64,000 nucleotides of DNA from Eubacteriales bacterium (lineage in GTDB: Bacteria > Bacillota > Clostridia > Oscillospirales > CAG-272): positions 1,954 to 65,953 of the forward strand of contig JAZTXK010000048.1 in the NCBI GenBank assembly GCA_045636385.1. Direction: 5' to 3'. The notes below the pieces were generated by a model. That model saw nothing but the letters and a program-made list of their open reading frames with translations. It did no database searches and had not been told where the DNA came from. The position numbers and the translations under genes were made by a program. Of the stretch, positions 62,347 to 64,000 are shown in pieces (position 1 is the first letter of the stretch; the number at the start of each line of letters is the position of its first letter).

Positions 62347-63321
62347 TTATTTTTTCTTTCTGTTCTGCGACGATTTGACGCTGATGAAGATCGCAATTCC
62401 GAGGATCACGAGCGCGAAGATCATAAAGATGAGGCTGCCCGAATTTCCGCTCGGGGTCGCGAATACGTTGTCGATATAGTCAACGCAAACGACGGTATTG
62501 ATGCCCGTCGCGAAGGTGAAATCGACAAGCGCGGCGTTGACCGTTTCCGCGGTCAGCTTCGGCTCGGTCTCGCGGATCGAGTTGCCGTCGATACGGTAGG
62601 TCAGGTCAACGAGCTTCGATTCGCTCGGATCAGCCTTCACGATCGGCTCGTTCTCGAAGTGGGAGTCAAGCCCGAGAGCCGTGATCTGTTTTTCCATCTC
62701 CCGCACGACCGCCGCAAGGTTGGAGTCAAGCGAGTAGGCGTAATAATTCGCCACGTTGCCCTCGATCGCCTGACCGAACGCGGTATAGTTGTTGCCGAAA
62801 AGCTCGGCGATCTCGTAGTTTACGTTGTCGCCGACCCACGCGATGAAGTAAATATCCTCACAGTCCTCCTCAACGAGGAAGTAGAGCAGGATATTGTCCT
62901 CATAGGTCTTGCCCGCCTCGAAATATTCGGCGTATTTCGCGTCAGCCGCGCGCTGGAAGGCGGCTTCGTCGTAATTTTGACCGAAATCATCGGTGGAAAC
63001 GTGAACGTTTCCCGAGGGCAGGAGCATATAGATCAGCATAAATGCAAAGAATATAACGAAGATAATGGGAGCCATAAATGCGCCAAGGCATCCTCCGCCT
63101 CCGCCGTAATAACGGCGCGGACCGAATCCCCAACCGAAATGGGGACCGTGATGATGGTGATGATGGTGATGGTGTCCTCCAAAGCCTCCGGGACGCGGAC
63201 CTCCGCCAAAGCCTCCGCCGCGCGAACCGCCGGAAAAACCGCCGCCACCGAAACTGCCTCCACGGGAGCCGCCGCTAAAACCGCCGCCTCCGCCTCTTGA
63301 ACCTCCTCCGGGACCGGGCAT
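62347..63321 (-). CDS. Gly/His-rich bitopic membrane protein (TPM-like central domain?)
   Basis: From MPGPGGGSRGGGGG: about 75 aa of G/S/R/F low complexity containing His9, then a TM helix, a ~210-aa domain and a C-terminal TM helix. ATG 63321. Confidence 0.6.
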   Translation of the reverse strand: MPGPGGGSRGGGGGFSGGSRGGSFGGGGFSGGSRGGGFGGGPRPGGFGGHHHHHHHHHGPHFGWGFGPRRYYGGGGGCLGAFMAPIIFVIFFAFMLIYMLLPSGNVHVSTDDFGQNYDEAAFQRAADAKYAEYFEAGKTYEDNILLYFLVEEDCEDIYFIAWVGDNVNYEIAELFGNNYTAFGQAIEGNVANYYAYSLDSNLAAVVREMEKQITALGLDSHFENEPIVKADPSESKLVDLTYRIDGNSIRETEPKLTAETVNAALVDFTFATGINTVVCVDYIDNVFATPSGNSGSLIFMIFALVILGIAIFISVKSSQNRKKK

Positions 63322-63541
63322 ATCTGTTACCTCTCTTTCATAACAATAATAATATAACAATTATACCATCCGCGCGTGCGCTTGTCAATATTTTACGCAA
63401 GAATATATGAAAGATACCCCAAAAACAGGTTTACTCTGAACAAATGCAGACCTTTTTAAAAAAATCACTTGACAAACCGCCGGGATTGTGATATAATATA
63501 TTGCTGATGTATGTAATTTACAAAAATTTACTGAATTTCAA

Positions 63542-63618
63542 CGAGATGTGGCTCAGTTTGGTAGAGCGCTACGTTCGGGACGTAGAAGTCGCAGGTTCGA
63601 ATCCTGTCATCTCGACCA
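63542..63618 (+). tRNA. tRNA-Pro (anticodon CGG), CCA encoded
   Basis: The 77-nt cloverleaf folds by hand. Acceptor CGAGATG/CATCTCG, D stem GCTC/GAGC, anticodon stem CTACG/CGTAG with loop TTCGGGA, T stem GCAGG/CCTGT with loop TTCGAAT, 3' ACCA. Confidence 0.9.
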
Positions 63619-63622
63619 AATA

Positions 63623-63649
63623 ACGGAGGTTCGATGAACCTCCGTTTTA
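63623..63649 (+). terminator. intrinsic terminator after tRNA-Pro
   Basis: ACGGAGGTTC-GAT-GAACCTCCGT followed by TTTT. A second hairpin with a T-run lies at 63671-63706. Confidence 0.7.
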
Positions 63650-63880
63650 CTTTGTTTTATAAGACTATTGGAGCATTTCGGAACTACTTCCGAAATGCTC
63701 TTTTTTCTACACTGCTACACAGCTTTTTGGGCGTTGCTACACAAATTGCTACGCAAAAGTGTGTTACACCGTATTTTGAATCGCTTTGCAACCTTTCCGC
63801 TAACAATACCCCAAAGCCATTCGCAAACTTCAATTTTCACGATATAATTATCCTATCTTAATCAAACAGGAGTGATAATT

Positions 63881-64000
63881 ATGAGATCAATTTTAGAAGA
63901 ACTATTCTACGGCAACATATGCCCGAGCACGGATTGCCGTAGCACTGACAAGGAAACCGCGGAACTTATGGGCTACGTAGCGGACCATCACGAAACACTT
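63881..64000 (+). CDS. hypothetical protein, 3' end outside window
   Basis: CAGGAG RBS, ATG 63881, 40 codons open to the window edge (MRSILEELFYGNICPSTDC...). Confidence 0.45.
   Translation, partial: MRSILEELFYGNICPSTDCRSTDKETAELMGYVADHHETL

Noticed and set aside
63634-63861. 75-aa ORF just after tRNA-Pro
   Set aside because: It starts inside the tRNA terminator hairpin and spans the second terminator and the TGCTACAC repeats. It has no RBS and is low-complexity.
1-64000. Search for transposases, integrases, phage structural genes, restriction-modification methyltransferases, rRNA and CRISPR arrays
   Set aside because: None were found in any frame of the ORF track or by eye. The AT-rich islets have no associated recombinase within the window, so I did not annotate any mobile_element.

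Overview
This 64-kb chromosomal segment looks like it comes from a moderately GC-rich, Clostridia-like Firmicute. That is an inference from gene content only: an L-box-controlled dapA-dapB-ddh operon, BlaI/BlaR1, several ECF sigma factors with DUF4367-type anti-sigmas, YitT, and a P-II/DUF1538 pair. I call about 65 protein genes, one tRNA-Pro(CGG), one lysine riboswitch, and several consensus sigma-A promoters and intrinsic terminators. I found no rRNA, CRISPR array, transposase or integrase.

Most of the window is ordinary metabolism and transport: the lysine pathway, IMPase, RpiB, a Cd/Zn-type P-type ATPase, a MATE pump, an M20 peptidase, and carbohydrate/phosphodiester enzymes.

Three loci stand out:
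1. A five-gene minus-strand operon (15334-20422). Its core is a McrB-type AAA+ NTPase fused to an ~8-helix membrane domain. Its partner is McrC/DUF2357-like, has zinc ribbons, and shows no recognisable nuclease motif. This is my top candidate for an undescribed defence-type system.
2. An AT-rich islet (about 49.7-52.4 kb). It encodes a membrane/Rossmann/RyR-like protein and a stand-alone RyR-domain protein.
3. A tandemly amplified, fast-diverging secreted-protein cassette (2.7-11.9 kb). Its large Cys-motif lipoprotein family has six paralogues in the window. Each copy is tied to an ECF sigma/anti-sigma module, and one is fused directly to an anti-sigma factor.

Smaller oddities:
- an ECF sigma gene cut by a single in-frame TAG exactly in the sigma2-sigma4 linker
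- a ~150-160 nt structured intergenic repeat present twice, with compensatory stem changes
- a G-rich heptamer inverted repeat
- a His9/Gly-rich membrane protein
- repeat motifs just after the tRNA

All homology statements come from motif recognition by eye. No searches or computations were run.
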